Shown piece by piece: positions 9,519 to 19,565 of a stretch of 64,000 nt of DNA; the first letter of the stretch is position 1, and each line of letters starts with the position of its first letter. Under the pieces are notes generated by a model. The model made no database searches and was not told the origin of the DNA. It saw nothing but the letters and a program-made list of their open reading frames with translations. The DNA comes from a bacterium (GTDB lineage: Bacteria > Patescibacteriota > Minisyncoccia > Portnoybacterales > GWB1-42-6): contig JAZDMV010000023.1 of the NCBI GenBank assembly GCA_043800535.1, forward strand, positions 27,264 to 91,263, written 5' to 3'. Made by a program: the position numbers and the translations under genes.

Positions 9519-10811
9519 CTATTTTTTCTCAATTTTCTTAAACCCGCATAAATCGCGCAAAACTTTAGGAATTTCCACGCTTCCGTCTTTTTGCTGACAA
9601 TTTTCCAAAATCGCGATTAAGATCCTGGGCGAAGCAATAACCGTATTGTTTAACGTATGGACGTATTTTGCGACACCTTCGGCATCTTTATATTTTATAT
9701 TCAGACGCCGCGCCTGCCAATCCGTTAAATTGGAATCCGAATGCGTCTCTCCGTATTTGCCGCGCGAAGGCATCCAAGTTTCAATATCGTACATCTTATA
9801 TTTGCCCGCCCCCATATCGCCGGTACTGCTCAAAATAACATGATACGGCAGCTTCAAATCCCGCAGAACACCCTCTGAAATTTCTCGCATTTTTTCAAGC
9901 CAACCGCTTGATTCGTTAATATCATTCTTGCAAAGCACAACTTGTTCCACTTTCATAAATTCATGCACTCGATAGAGACCTTTTGTGTCCTTGCCATAAC
10001 TGCCGATCTCGGAACGATAGCTCTGCGAAAATCCGCAAACTTTTATCGGCAGATCTTTTTCGTTCAAAGTTTTATCGGAAAAATATGCCAAAAGCGTCGG
10101 CTCTGATGTTCCAGCAAGATAAAGCGGATCTTCTATCACCTCGCCGCTTACCAGTTTGCCCGGGTTGCCAATTTGATATATTTCGTCTTTTCCAAACGGG
10201 AAATGTCCGCTGCCAAACAAAACAAAATCTTTAATAAGTGTTGGGCCAAGCAGCGGTGAAAAACCGCTTTTAATCATTCTCTGCCAGCAGTACCAAATAA
10301 CCGCAAGATGCAGCCGCGCCCCTTCATTTTTTAGATAATAGCCGCGGAACCCGGAAACTTTAACCCCTGCCTCCGTGTCAATAATATCCAGATCGCGGCC
10401 CAGATCCATATGGTCTTTTATTTCAAAATCAAACTCCGGCAAATCGCCCCATTTAGCCACTTCCTTATTTGCTGATTCATCTTCGCCAACAGGCGCGTCT
10501 TGCGCGGGAATATTTGGCACAAGCATCATTAAATAACTATATTCTTTTTCAACGACGGCCAGTTTTCTTTCAAACTCCTTAAATCTTTCTTTCAATTCTT
10601 TTGATTTTTCCAGAAGAGATTCGTTTTTTTCCTTTGCCAGCTCTTTGGAAAACTTATTCTGCTCCGCCTTCAGGGCTTCTGACTTCTGAATTAGATTACG
10701 CCGATTTTGGTCCAATTCCAAAAGCCGGTCTATATCAACCTTCAAAAACTTCTTCTTAACCGCGTCTTTTACCAGATCAGCGTTTTGGCGGATGAATTTA
10801 ATGTCCAGCAT
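9519..10811 (-). CDS. serS: Serine--tRNA ligase
   Basis: MLDIKFIR start; GTSE, YRSEIG, GLYRVHEF, YDIETWMP and HTLNNT motifs. Confidence 0.97.
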   Translation of the reverse strand: MLDIKFIRQNADLVKDAVKKKFLKVDIDRLLELDQNRRNLIQKSEALKAEQNKFSKELAKEKNESLLEKSKELKERFKEFERKLAVVEKEYSYLMMLVPNIPAQDAPVGEDESANKEVAKWGDLPEFDFEIKDHMDLGRDLDIIDTEAGVKVSGFRGYYLKNEGARLHLAVIWYCWQRMIKSGFSPLLGPTLIKDFVLFGSGHFPFGKDEIYQIGNPGKLVSGEVIEDPLYLAGTSEPTLLAYFSDKTLNEKDLPIKVCGFSQSYRSEIGSYGKDTKGLYRVHEFMKVEQVVLCKNDINESSGWLEKMREISEGVLRDLKLPYHVILSSTGDMGAGKYKMYDIETWMPSRGKYGETHSDSNLTDWQARRLNIKYKDAEGVAKYVHTLNNTVIASPRILIAILENCQQKDGSVEIPKVLRDLCGFKKIEKK

Positions 10812-10814
10812 ACA

Positions 10815-10925
10815 TTAACAGATTAAACACGGATTTATTACGGATTTTACACAAATTACACGGATTCCGCTAACTGACAGATTTATATATGTAATCTGCG
10901 CCCATCAGTAAACAATCTGTGTGGC
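10815..10925. repeat. Degenerate (ACGGATT/ACAGATT)n ... (AATCTG)n inverted repeat in the lysS-serS spacer
   Basis: ACAGATTAAACACGGATTTATTACGGATTTTACAC...AATCTGCG...AATCTGTGT. Confidence 0.55.
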
Positions 10926-10931
10926 ATCTAT

Positions 10932-12371
10932 TTATTTTGGCTTCATCGTCGGAAACAAAATTACTTCTCGGATATTAAAACTGTTTGTCAAAAGTTGAAC
11001 GAGCCGGTCAACCCCCAAGCCAAGGCCGGCGGCGGGCGGCATGCCGTATTCCAGCGCGTCTATAAAGTCCTGGTCAAAACGTTGCACGTCTTCGTCTCCA
11101 CGATGCGCTTCCTGCTCTTTCATTCTTTTTGCCTGCTCAATCGGGTCATTAAGTTCAGAATACGCGTTCATCAATTCAAGCCCTCCCGCAATAAACTGGA
11201 ATCTGGCCGCCTCCTTTGGATTTTTTTCGGACTCTTTTGCCAGAGGCGACATTTCAAGCGGATGATTTGTGACAAAGGTCGGCTGGATGATTTTTGGCCT
11301 GATAGTTTTGAATAGCTCGTCTGTCAGCTTGCAATCATGCATATCATTTTCGGCTTTGCCTCCCGCTTTGGCCAACGCCGCTTCCAGTTCCCCCCGGCCT
11401 GCTCTTCCGATATCCAGGCCGTAATGTTCCATTATTAAATCACACATAGAAACTCTTTTAAACGGCGGCGAAAAATTTATTTTTTGTCCCTGAAATTCAA
11501 TTTCTTTATGTGGTATCAAAAATTCAAATAATTTTTCAACCAGTGCAATTAAATCTTCGTAGTCGGCGTACGCCCAGTAAAATTCCAGCATCGTAAAATC
11601 AGGATTGTGAAGCTTATCCATCCCTTCATTGCGAAAACAGCGACCGATTTCATAAACTTTTTCAAACCCACCCACTAGTAGTCTTTTAAGGTATAGTTCC
11701 GGCGCCACTCGCATGAAAAGTTGCATATCAAGCGCATTTAAATGAGTGACAAAAGGATTTGCCAGCGCGCCGCCCGGCAGGGGCTGCAGGATCGGCGTCT
11801 CTACTTCAACAAAATCTTCCGAATCAAAAAAGGTGCGCAAACCTCGGATTATCTTGCTCCGCAGCAGAAAACGGCGCAAAACATCCTTATTCATCAGCAA
11901 ATCAAGATACCGCTTACGGAATCTTTCTTCAACGTCTTTCAGGCCGTGCCATTTTTCCGGCAGCTGATTCATGGATTTTGCAAGAAGCTGGAATTTTTTA
12001 ACCAAAAGTGTACGCTCGCCTTTCTGGGTCTTAAAAGGCTCGCCCGAAACCCAAATAAAATCACCGACATCAATATTGTCGGCAAAAAAATCATAATCTT
12101 TTTCTCCTATTTCATCTTTTTTAAAAAAAAGCTGGATTTGGCCAGAAGAATCCTCGATGTTGGCAAAGGTTGAGCCGCCGTGGCCACGAAGCGAGCGCAG
12201 GCGGCCAGCCAGGCTAACATGCATCTTTTCTTTTTCCAAAATATCAAATTCATCAAGAACTTCCGCAACAGACATTTTTGTGCCGGTTTTGCCCGGATAC
12301 GGATTTACGCCGGCGGCTTTGATTTGCTCCAGTTTTTTCAGCCGGTCAGATTTTATTTTATCTAAAGACAT
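10932..12371 (-). CDS. lysS: Lysine--tRNA ligase (class II)
   Basis: RYLDL, APELYLKRL, FRNEG, HNPDFT and GMPPAAGLGLGVDRL motifs. Confidence 0.97.
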   Translation of the reverse strand: MSLDKIKSDRLKKLEQIKAAGVNPYPGKTGTKMSVAEVLDEFDILEKEKMHVSLAGRLRSLRGHGGSTFANIEDSSGQIQLFFKKDEIGEKDYDFFADNIDVGDFIWVSGEPFKTQKGERTLLVKKFQLLAKSMNQLPEKWHGLKDVEERFRKRYLDLLMNKDVLRRFLLRSKIIRGLRTFFDSEDFVEVETPILQPLPGGALANPFVTHLNALDMQLFMRVAPELYLKRLLVGGFEKVYEIGRCFRNEGMDKLHNPDFTMLEFYWAYADYEDLIALVEKLFEFLIPHKEIEFQGQKINFSPPFKRVSMCDLIMEHYGLDIGRAGRGELEAALAKAGGKAENDMHDCKLTDELFKTIRPKIIQPTFVTNHPLEMSPLAKESEKNPKEAARFQFIAGGLELMNAYSELNDPIEQAKRMKEQEAHRGDEDVQRFDQDFIDALEYGMPPAAGLGLGVDRLVQLLTNSFNIREVILFPTMKPK

Positions 12372-12414
12372 AAATATTATGTAAAAAATACTAACTGCGA
12401 ATAAATTAATCTAC

Positions 12415-12642
12415 TCTTGCATCTGAAAATTTTGCAAGAAAATCGCGGCAAGACGAGCGTAGCGAGAAGTTTACGAAGTAATTTTTAGTGAGACAAGCTA
12501 TGATTTTATCAAAATTTTCAGCTGCAAGCAGTCTTTTGGCTACCCCGGCACCAGAACGCCTATGGCGTTCGGTGCGGGGCATGCTTTTCTACTTTACCCC
12601 GTACCGAGCTTGCTCTGGTACTGGGGCTGCCAGAAAAGTAGC
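12415..12642. repeat. ~230-bp multi-hairpin repeat element, copy 2, with two nested CCCCG...GGGG palindromes
   Basis: CTTGCATCTGAAAATTTTG...CAAAATTTTCAGCTGCAAG hairpin; terminal TTTTCT/AGAAAAGTAGC. Confidence 0.7.
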
Positions 12643-12657
12643 TCCTACGGAAAAAAA

Positions 12658-13107
12658 TTACTTAATAGATATTATTTTATATGTCGCCTTGCCTCTAGGT
12701 GTTTCCACTTCCACCATCTCCCCCACCTTGCGCCCCAGAAATGCTTTTCCGAGCGGCGATTCATTTGATATTTTGCCATCAGATGGCTTTGCTTCTTCAG
12801 AACCAACAATGGTAAAATTGTATTTTTCGCCCTGCGAACTCACTTCAATAGTGCCTCCGATCTGCACAGCTGAACTTCCGCCGTTTTTGCTGATGACAAC
12901 GGCATTTTTAAGCAATTCTTCCAGCTCTAAAATTTTGCCCTCGTTAAACGACTGGGCTTCTTTGGCCTGCAAATATTCCGTATTTTCAGATAGATCACCC
13001 AAAGATTTAGCGTCTTCAAGGCGCTGTGCTATTTCCTGCCGTTTGAGCTTTAGCTCCTCCAGCTCTTTTTTTATCTGCTCCAATCCTTCTTTGCTGAGAT
13101 ATTTCAT
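12658..13107 (-). CDS. greA: Transcription elongation factor GreA
   Basis: GDLSENTEY and ISNESPLGKA motifs. Confidence 0.95.
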   Translation of the reverse strand: MKYLSKEGLEQIKKELEELKLKRQEIAQRLEDAKSLGDLSENTEYLQAKEAQSFNEGKILELEELLKNAVVISKNGGSSAVQIGGTIEVSSQGEKYNFTIVGSEEAKPSDGKISNESPLGKAFLGRKVGEMVEVETPRGKATYKIISIK

Positions 13108-13209
13108 ATTATTGACGGATTATGCGAATGGCTTCGCCTGCAAATCTTGCGAATAATTATTCGCATAATTAGCAACCGTAGCAACGACATTCGCGCTATT
13201 CGTTAACCT

Positions 13210-15147
13210 CTACCTTGTAAAATAATATTTAAATACTTGATTGGCCACGGGCACCGCATAGGAAGATCCCTCGCCTGCGTTTTCAAGCATGATCACCAAA
13301 GCAACCTTCGGATCATCATACGGCGCAAATCCGACAAACCAGGCGTTTTCCCGCGCCTGGCCTGCAACCTGAGCGGTCCCTGTTTTGCCTGCCACTTTAA
13401 CTGGCAAGTCATTGAGCGCCGCCGCTGAACCGCTTGTCACTGCTTCGCGCATGCCCTTTCTCACCGCTATCAGATTGTCACTGTTCACAAGATTTTCGCG
13501 CCTCACCTGCGGTTCAAACACTTTAATACTATTTTTATCTGAATCTACGATTTTGTCAACCAGGCGCGGCACAAACAGTTTCCCTCCGTTGGCAACTGCG
13601 GAAATTGCAGACGCCATCTGAAGCGGCGTAACCAGCAAGTCGCCCTGGCCTATTGATACATGATATGTATCGCCGATAAACCAGCTTTCATTTTTTGCTT
13701 TTTGCTTCCATTCACCATCCGGAACAAGACCGGTTTTCTCACCAGGCAAATCAATGCCCGTCAGCTCTCCTAAGCCAAACAGGTTTAAATATTTTTTGAT
13801 CCGGTCAATTCCGAGCCCGTCTATGTTTCCCCAGCCGCCGCCGACTGTGTAAAAATAAACATCGCATGACTGGGCAATGGCCGAATATAGATTGACCGAA
13901 CCGTGCGCCTTCCAGTCCGGAAAATTATAAACGATGCTCGGATTAAATTGACTGACAATAGTTATCTGGCCCGCGTCATAAATCACGGTTGATGGCGTCA
14001 CCACTTTTTCCTGCAGGGCCGCCGCCGCCATCATCGGTTTTATCGTTGAGCCCGAGGCATACTGGCCGGCGATCGCCCGATCAAACAATGGCCCCGATGG
14101 GTCTTCATACAATTTATTCAGATCTCCTGGGTCGGTATTTTTTTCAAAAAGATTATTATCAAAGCTCGGCAAACTGACCAGCCCGAGAATTTCGCCGCTT
14201 TGAACATCCATTGCCACGGCCGAAGCGCGGCTGATATTTAAGTTTTTTGCCATCCCCCTGAGCTCTGAAAAAATCTTTTGCTGCAAGCCCAAATCAATGC
14301 TCGTCACTATGTTTTGACCTGCTATCGGTTCTTTTACTCCCATCTCTTTAATTTGACGCCCAAAAGCGTCAATCTCCGCCAATTGCTCTCCTGCTTGCCC
14401 CTTGAGAATATCCTCATATTGCGCCTCCAGCCCGCTTTTGCCTAATCGATCGCTAAATTCGTAATTATCAGGCAGGCTCTCAATTTCTTCTTTCGTGACG
14501 CGGCCTGTATAGCCAAGGATGTGACTTAATGTTTCTGCAAATGGGTATTGGCGGACTACTCCTTTTTCCAGGCGCAGGGCAGGAAAATCCTGCAGCCGCG
14601 ACTCCAGGTCCAGAATTTTTTCCTGCTCAAGGTCGGAGACCAAAAGTATCCGCTGATTTTTTTCAAAATTAAATTCAACAAGTTCTTGATTTATATCCCG
14701 GGGGTTCAAGCCCAATAAAAAACTTATCTGCTCAATCATTGTGTCACGCTCTACTTTATCCTTGGGCAGATCCTGAGGCAAAAGAAAAATATCAAAACTG
14801 GGCATATTATTCACCAACACCTCCAAATCCCGGCTATAAATTAGCCCTCTTGGCGCCATCACAGGATAAGCCCGTAAGCTATTACGTTCTGCCAATTTTC
14901 CATAAAGCTCGTCTTTTAAAATCTGCAGATACCCCGCTCTTCCTGCCAACATAAGAAGCGCCAAAACAATTAGCCCAAAAAACAACAAAAAAATCCTCGG
15001 CCGCAAAGGGGTTTCTATTCTTTGCTCGGCAAAATCAGCCGATTTTTCAGCATCCAACAAAACTTCTTCTGCTTCAATATCTTCCCCAAACGAACGTTTT
15101 ATCTTCAGGCCTTTCAACTCTTTTTTAAATTCGGATAAGTAGTCCAT
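13210..15147 (-). CDS. mrdA: Penicillin-binding protein 2
   Basis: APRGLIY, GKSGLE, SxxK (STIK), SCDVYFY and KTGTAQ motifs; follows mreBCD. Confidence 0.93.
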   Translation of the reverse strand: MDYLSEFKKELKGLKIKRSFGEDIEAEEVLLDAEKSADFAEQRIETPLRPRIFLLFFGLIVLALLMLAGRAGYLQILKDELYGKLAERNSLRAYPVMAPRGLIYSRDLEVLVNNMPSFDIFLLPQDLPKDKVERDTMIEQISFLLGLNPRDINQELVEFNFEKNQRILLVSDLEQEKILDLESRLQDFPALRLEKGVVRQYPFAETLSHILGYTGRVTKEEIESLPDNYEFSDRLGKSGLEAQYEDILKGQAGEQLAEIDAFGRQIKEMGVKEPIAGQNIVTSIDLGLQQKIFSELRGMAKNLNISRASAVAMDVQSGEILGLVSLPSFDNNLFEKNTDPGDLNKLYEDPSGPLFDRAIAGQYASGSTIKPMMAAAALQEKVVTPSTVIYDAGQITIVSQFNPSIVYNFPDWKAHGSVNLYSAIAQSCDVYFYTVGGGWGNIDGLGIDRIKKYLNLFGLGELTGIDLPGEKTGLVPDGEWKQKAKNESWFIGDTYHVSIGQGDLLVTPLQMASAISAVANGGKLFVPRLVDKIVDSDKNSIKVFEPQVRRENLVNSDNLIAVRKGMREAVTSGSAAALNDLPVKVAGKTGTAQVAGQARENAWFVGFAPYDDPKVALVIMLENAGEGSSYAVPVANQVFKYYFTR

Positions 15148-15631
15148 TTATTTTTTTATAAATTAAAAGCATCGCGAACGAAAACAAAATATTCAACGCC
15201 ACCTCTAAGGGAACAATCCGCCAAAGCGCGAACCAGAAATAGACCTGACTACCAGAGGAAACCCAATAAAAAAATTTTATCAAAAATATATTTAATATGC
15301 TAAATGTCGTGCATGCCAAAACAATCAGCGTGGCCTGACCGAAAAGATCCGTCATTTTCAGAATATTTTTGCCCAAAACCGAGGCGAGCCAGCCGACGAA
15401 CACAAAACTCAGTGAATAAACGCCAAACGCTTCGCTTGAAAATAAATCAAGCGCTAACCCGACTGCAAGCGCCCATACAAGAACTGATGGCGTGTCTTTT
15501 TTTATAACCAATATCAAAGCGGCCGCGAACAAAAAATTCGGGGACACGCCAAAAATATTCAGACGAGGCGCAAAAGCCAGCTGAAAAATTAAAAGCAAAA
15601 AAAATATTAAAAAAATAAAAAATGATTTCAT
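15125..15631 (-). CDS. mreD: Rod shape-determining protein MreD
   Basis: Hydrophobic 168-aa ORF with PNFL and GLALDLFS, between mreC and mrdA. Confidence 0.85.
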   Translation of the reverse strand: MKSFFIFLIFFLLLIFQLAFAPRLNIFGVSPNFLFAAALILVIKKDTPSVLVWALAVGLALDLFSSEAFGVYSLSFVFVGWLASVLGKNILKMTDLFGQATLIVLACTTFSILNIFLIKFFYWVSSGSQVYFWFALWRIVPLEVALNILFSFAMLLIYKKINGLLIRI

Positions 15632-15644
15632 ACGCTTACTCCCG

Positions 15645-16454
15645 CTATTCGGCCCCCAAAATCACTAATACCGACTCTATCTCCTTATAATTTATCAAGG
15701 GCTTAACTATAAATCTTTGGAATACTTCGCTTTCGCCAGAAATTTTCTTTTCTACCTTGCCGATGACGAGACCCCTCACTATTTTGCTGTCCAGGCCCGA
15801 AGACACAATTAATTCGCCCAGTTTTATCTCTTTTTCTGGCGGCACCATATCAAGAATAAGCCCGACCCCGTGGTCACCTTTTATTACGCCACCCTCTCTT
15901 GAATCCTGGCCCAGCACAAAAACAGTACTGTCAGAATCGGTCAAGGCAAGCACCTTGCTGGAATTTACGCTGACCTCCGCAACCTTTCCCACCAGAAACC
16001 CACCGGCAAAAATAACTGCCCGGCCTGTTTCAATGCCGTCATTTGAACCTCGGTCTATTAAAAAATACCTGCCCAAATTGCCCGGGTCAAAACCTATCAG
16101 ATGAGCCAACACGAGTTTCGATTTAAGCGCCGGCCTCATATCCAGTTGCTTGCGCAAAAAATCATTTTCCTGTTTGATTTCGGATAGATTTACAAGTTTT
16201 AAAATTAGTTCACGATTTTCCTGCTCCAGCTGCGAACTTTCCCGGATTATACTTTTTAGGTTAAAAGTTGCTCCAAAAACATCAGAAATCTTTATGCCCG
16301 CTGCCACAAACGGCCTGGCTATTGGAGCGGCGACTGAATAAAAAATCTTTTTTGGCCAGCCCAGCCACCCGATTGAATTAAAAAAAATCAGCAACGCAAT
16401 TGCTGCTAACAGGCCCCCAAGAATATAAAATTTTGAAAAATCATTTTTCCGCAT
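15645..16454 (-). CDS. mreC: Rod shape-determining protein MreC
   Basis: TM plus coiled coil (ENDFLRKQL); IDRGSNDGI, LVGKV and SSGLD motifs. Confidence 0.92.
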   Translation of the reverse strand: MRKNDFSKFYILGGLLAAIALLIFFNSIGWLGWPKKIFYSVAAPIARPFVAAGIKISDVFGATFNLKSIIRESSQLEQENRELILKLVNLSEIKQENDFLRKQLDMRPALKSKLVLAHLIGFDPGNLGRYFLIDRGSNDGIETGRAVIFAGGFLVGKVAEVSVNSSKVLALTDSDSTVFVLGQDSREGGVIKGDHGVGLILDMVPPEKEIKLGELIVSSGLDSKIVRGLVIGKVEKKISGESEVFQRFIVKPLINYKEIESVLVILGAE

Positions 16455-16489
16455 TTAAATTAACTGACTATTTTGCTATCTTGATTTTA

Positions 16490-17542
16490 CTATCTTGGCG
16501 GCTCCTGATATTGCGTTGTCACCAGAACATTTTTAACAGCGTCTATGTCTTCCAGAACCACTCCACAACCCCGCACAACTGCCGTTAACGGATCTTCCGT
16601 TATCTTAACCGGCATTTGCGTTTCCTGCGCCACAAGCTTATCCAGGCCACGCAATAAACTCCCGCCTCCAGCAAGAATAATTCCTCGCTCCATGATGTCG
16701 GCCACCACCTCCGGCGGCGCTTCTTCTATGGTTGAGCGGACAGCATTAACTATTGTTTTCACGGAACGCTTCATTGCTTCGCGAATATCATCAGAATCAG
16801 CGATTACTTCTTTGGGCAGGCCGGAGACAAGATCGCGGCCGCGAAGTGATGCTTCCATTTTATCTTCCAGAGGGAAAGCCGAACCAATAGCGATCTTAAC
16901 ATCTTCGGCGGTTTTCTCTCCAAGAAGCAATTTAAATTCGTCACGCGCATATTGTATGATATCTTCGTTTAGCTTGTCGCCCGCAATGCGCAAGCTTTTG
17001 CAGACCACTATCCCGCCAAGCGAAATGATCGCAACCTCGGTTGTCCCGCCGCCAATATCAACTATCATATTGCCGGCTGCTTCCTGCACGGGCAGGCGCG
17101 AGCCGATTGCCGCGGCCATCGGCTCTTCTATCAAATAAACTTCGCTTGCGCCGGCATTGCGTGTCGCGTCTTCAACCGCCCTTTTTTCAACCTCTGTAAC
17201 TCCCGAAGGCACGCCGATAACGACTCTTGGCCGTGAAAAAAATCTAAAGCCGGGCTTGCAAACCTGGCCTATAAAATATCTCAGCATTTGCTCCGTTATC
17301 TCAAAATCGGAAATTACGCCTTCAACCAGCGGCCGTGAAGCAACGATATGCCCGGGCGTTCTGCCGACCATTCTTTTGGCTTCTTGGCCTATTGCCAAAA
17401 TCTGGCCAGTCTTATTATTGACCGCCACCACCGACGGTTCATTAATAACAATACCCCGGCCTTTGACGTAAACCAGAGTATTGGCGGTTCCCAAATCAAT
17501 CCCGATGTCTTTTGAGAATTGACCGAGCAGTTTCGCAAACAT
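16490..17542 (-). CDS. mreB: Rod shape-determining protein MreB
   Basis: IGIDLGTANT, EPMAAAIG, VDIGGGTTE and LAGGGSLL motifs. Confidence 0.96.
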   Translation of the reverse strand: MFAKLLGQFSKDIGIDLGTANTLVYVKGRGIVINEPSVVAVNNKTGQILAIGQEAKRMVGRTPGHIVASRPLVEGVISDFEITEQMLRYFIGQVCKPGFRFFSRPRVVIGVPSGVTEVEKRAVEDATRNAGASEVYLIEEPMAAAIGSRLPVQEAAGNMIVDIGGGTTEVAIISLGGIVVCKSLRIAGDKLNEDIIQYARDEFKLLLGEKTAEDVKIAIGSAFPLEDKMEASLRGRDLVSGLPKEVIADSDDIREAMKRSVKTIVNAVRSTIEEAPPEVVADIMERGIILAGGGSLLRGLDKLVAQETQMPVKITEDPLTAVVRGCGVVLEDIDAVKNVLVTTQYQEPPR

Positions 17543-17766
17543 AATACGACACCGTATCTAAAAATTAATACTTATTAAGTATAACACTTGAGCTTTTAGG
17601 GTCAATGACCTGCCGAATGAAATTTTTAAGAAAAGAAAAGGGCGGAATGAGAATTCTTCTCGTTCCGCCCACATGATTTATAGCTTGTCGACTATATAAA
17701 GGTATGTCAATAGCTAACAAAAAAGCCCCTTTTGGGGCCTTTACGCCATGTTTCTAAAAATTTCTC

Positions 17767-18855
17767 TTAAAATATTTTCGTAATATCCCTGAAAGTAATG
17801 AAAACCATCAGCGCGATGAGCAGAGCAAAGCCGATAGAATTTACAAGATTAGCTGTCTTGGCTTTCATGGGCGAGCCTTTTATTTTTTCGATCAGCAGGA
17901 ACAGTCCCCTTCCGCCGTCAAGCGCCGGAAAAGGAAACGCGTTTATCACTGCCAAATTTATGGAAAGCATGGCAGTCAGTTGTAATAAATAAATAAATCC
18001 CATGGTCACCGCCTGACCAGTAATATTAAATATGCCGACCGGCCCGACAACATCAACTCCCGCCCTTCCGGTCTTAAACACATTTGCAATAATGAAAAAT
18101 AAAGTTGAAATTAAAAGCCAGGCAAGGGAGACAGTCGTCAAAAATCCCTGCCAGATGGCCTGATACCAGGACAGACGAATGTTAGCAACGCTAGCCATTT
18201 CAACGCCCAGTGGCCCCTCGTCCGAAGGCGGATTAGCCCTTGGAGCCATAACAAGTTCTATTTTTGAGCCACCACGCTCAATAACAACTTTCACCTCTTT
18301 CCCTTTTTCGCCTGCAATAAACTGCTGAAATTCGCTCGTCGTTTTGATACCGGCCAAAATCCGGCCTTCGGAATTCTTTACAGAAACAATAAAATCACCA
18401 GCCAGTATTCCGGCGTTAAAAGCCGGTGAATCCGCCGCCAGCCCCACTATCTGGAGTTTTGTATTCGGATATTGGCCGACCTGGCTTTCGTCAATGGCTG
18501 TGGGCAGACCGATAAAGTGGCCCAAAGAAAACAAAAAAACCGCCAGAAAAAAATTCATTAAAACACCGGCGAACAATATCCGTGCTTTCTGCCAGGCGCC
18601 TTTTGACATGAACGAACGCGGTTGGCTTGCACCTTCTCCTTCTTCGCCGTAAATTTTGACAAAGCCGCCAAGCGGTATCGCATTTATGGAATAGAGGGTT
18701 TCTCCTTTTTTTATTCCAAAGATCCTCGGCGGAAATCCAAAACCAAATTCATCCACCCTCACCCCGTTTCGCTTGGCAATCCAAAAATGCCCTAGCTCGT
18801 GGACAAAAACTAAAAGGCCAAGAATTAAAATGAATGTAATAATAGTTAAAACCAT
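17767..18855 (-). CDS. rseP: RIP metalloprotease RseP (M50 with PDZ)
   Basis: HELGH, GFGFPP, PLGGFV and NAFPFPALDGG motifs. Confidence 0.93.
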   Translation of the reverse strand: MVLTIITFILILGLLVFVHELGHFWIAKRNGVRVDEFGFGFPPRIFGIKKGETLYSINAIPLGGFVKIYGEEGEGASQPRSFMSKGAWQKARILFAGVLMNFFLAVFLFSLGHFIGLPTAIDESQVGQYPNTKLQIVGLAADSPAFNAGILAGDFIVSVKNSEGRILAGIKTTSEFQQFIAGEKGKEVKVVIERGGSKIELVMAPRANPPSDEGPLGVEMASVANIRLSWYQAIWQGFLTTVSLAWLLISTLFFIIANVFKTGRAGVDVVGPVGIFNITGQAVTMGFIYLLQLTAMLSINLAVINAFPFPALDGGRGLFLLIEKIKGSPMKAKTANLVNSIGFALLIALMVFITFRDITKIF

Positions 18856-18890
18856 GAATTTCTATACTCAATCATTAATCCTTTTTAGAC

Positions 18891-18971
18891 ACCCTACTAA
18901 TTTACTAATCTTTTACAAATATTACCAATAATACTAATAAATCCATATTTGCAGTATTTGTAAATTAGTAG
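18891..18971. repeat. CCCTAC...GTAG intergenic inverted repeat, related to 30520 and 32786
   Basis: ACCCTACTAATTTACTAATCTTTTACAAATATTAC...TATTTGTAAATTAGTAG. Confidence 0.65.
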
Positions 18972-18976
18972 ATAAA

Positions 18977-19534
18977 CTATACCGTCATTATCTCTTTCTC
19001 TTTCTTTTCGCCTATCTCTTTTATTTTCCCGTTGTATTCATCGATCAATTTCTGCAGTTCTTCCTTGCCGCGGAATTTATCGTCTTCACGGATTTTTCCC
19101 GCATCCGCCAGATCCTGCATCTGCCTCCAGGCGCCTTCTCTTGCCTGCCTGATTGATATACGGCCTTCTTCCAGTTTCTGATGCAGGGTTTTAACCAGTT
19201 CTTTTCGCGTTTCCTCGCTCGGCACGGACAAATTAATTCTTATGGAATCGCCGTCAACAGCCGAGCTTAGCCCCGGCGCAGAACTAATAATTGCTTTTTC
19301 TATGTTTTTGACGATTGTTTTATCCCACGGCTGGATGATTAAAGTCCGTGAATCCCTCAAATTAATCGCGGCAAGCTGTTTCAACTGCATTTTGCTGTTA
19401 TAACAGTCAACCATAACGTTTTCTATGAGCGCGGGGCTTGCGTGGCCCGTACGCAGAACTGAAATTTCTTGCTTCGCTTTTTCAATAATCTTCTCTAAAT
19501 TCGGCTTGAGATTTTTAATAATTTCTCCGTACAT
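18977..19534 (-). CDS. frr: Ribosome recycling factor
   Basis: LRTGHASP, IQPWD, EETRKELVK and KEKEIM motifs. Confidence 0.95.
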   Translation of the reverse strand: MYGEIIKNLKPNLEKIIEKAKQEISVLRTGHASPALIENVMVDCYNSKMQLKQLAAINLRDSRTLIIQPWDKTIVKNIEKAIISSAPGLSSAVDGDSIRINLSVPSEETRKELVKTLHQKLEEGRISIRQAREGAWRQMQDLADAGKIREDDKFRGKEELQKLIDEYNGKIKEIGEKKEKEIMTV

Positions 19535-19565
19535 ATTTTATTTTTATATTTTATTTTTTATATTT

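Noticed and set aside
10815-10925. Short periodic repeats as possible CRISPR arrays (here and in similar spacers)
   Set aside because: Units are 7-11 nt, degenerate and inverted, with no unique spacers and no cas genes
12488-13156. 222-aa + strand ORF
   Set aside because: Antisense to greA and runs through a repeat; no recognisable motifs
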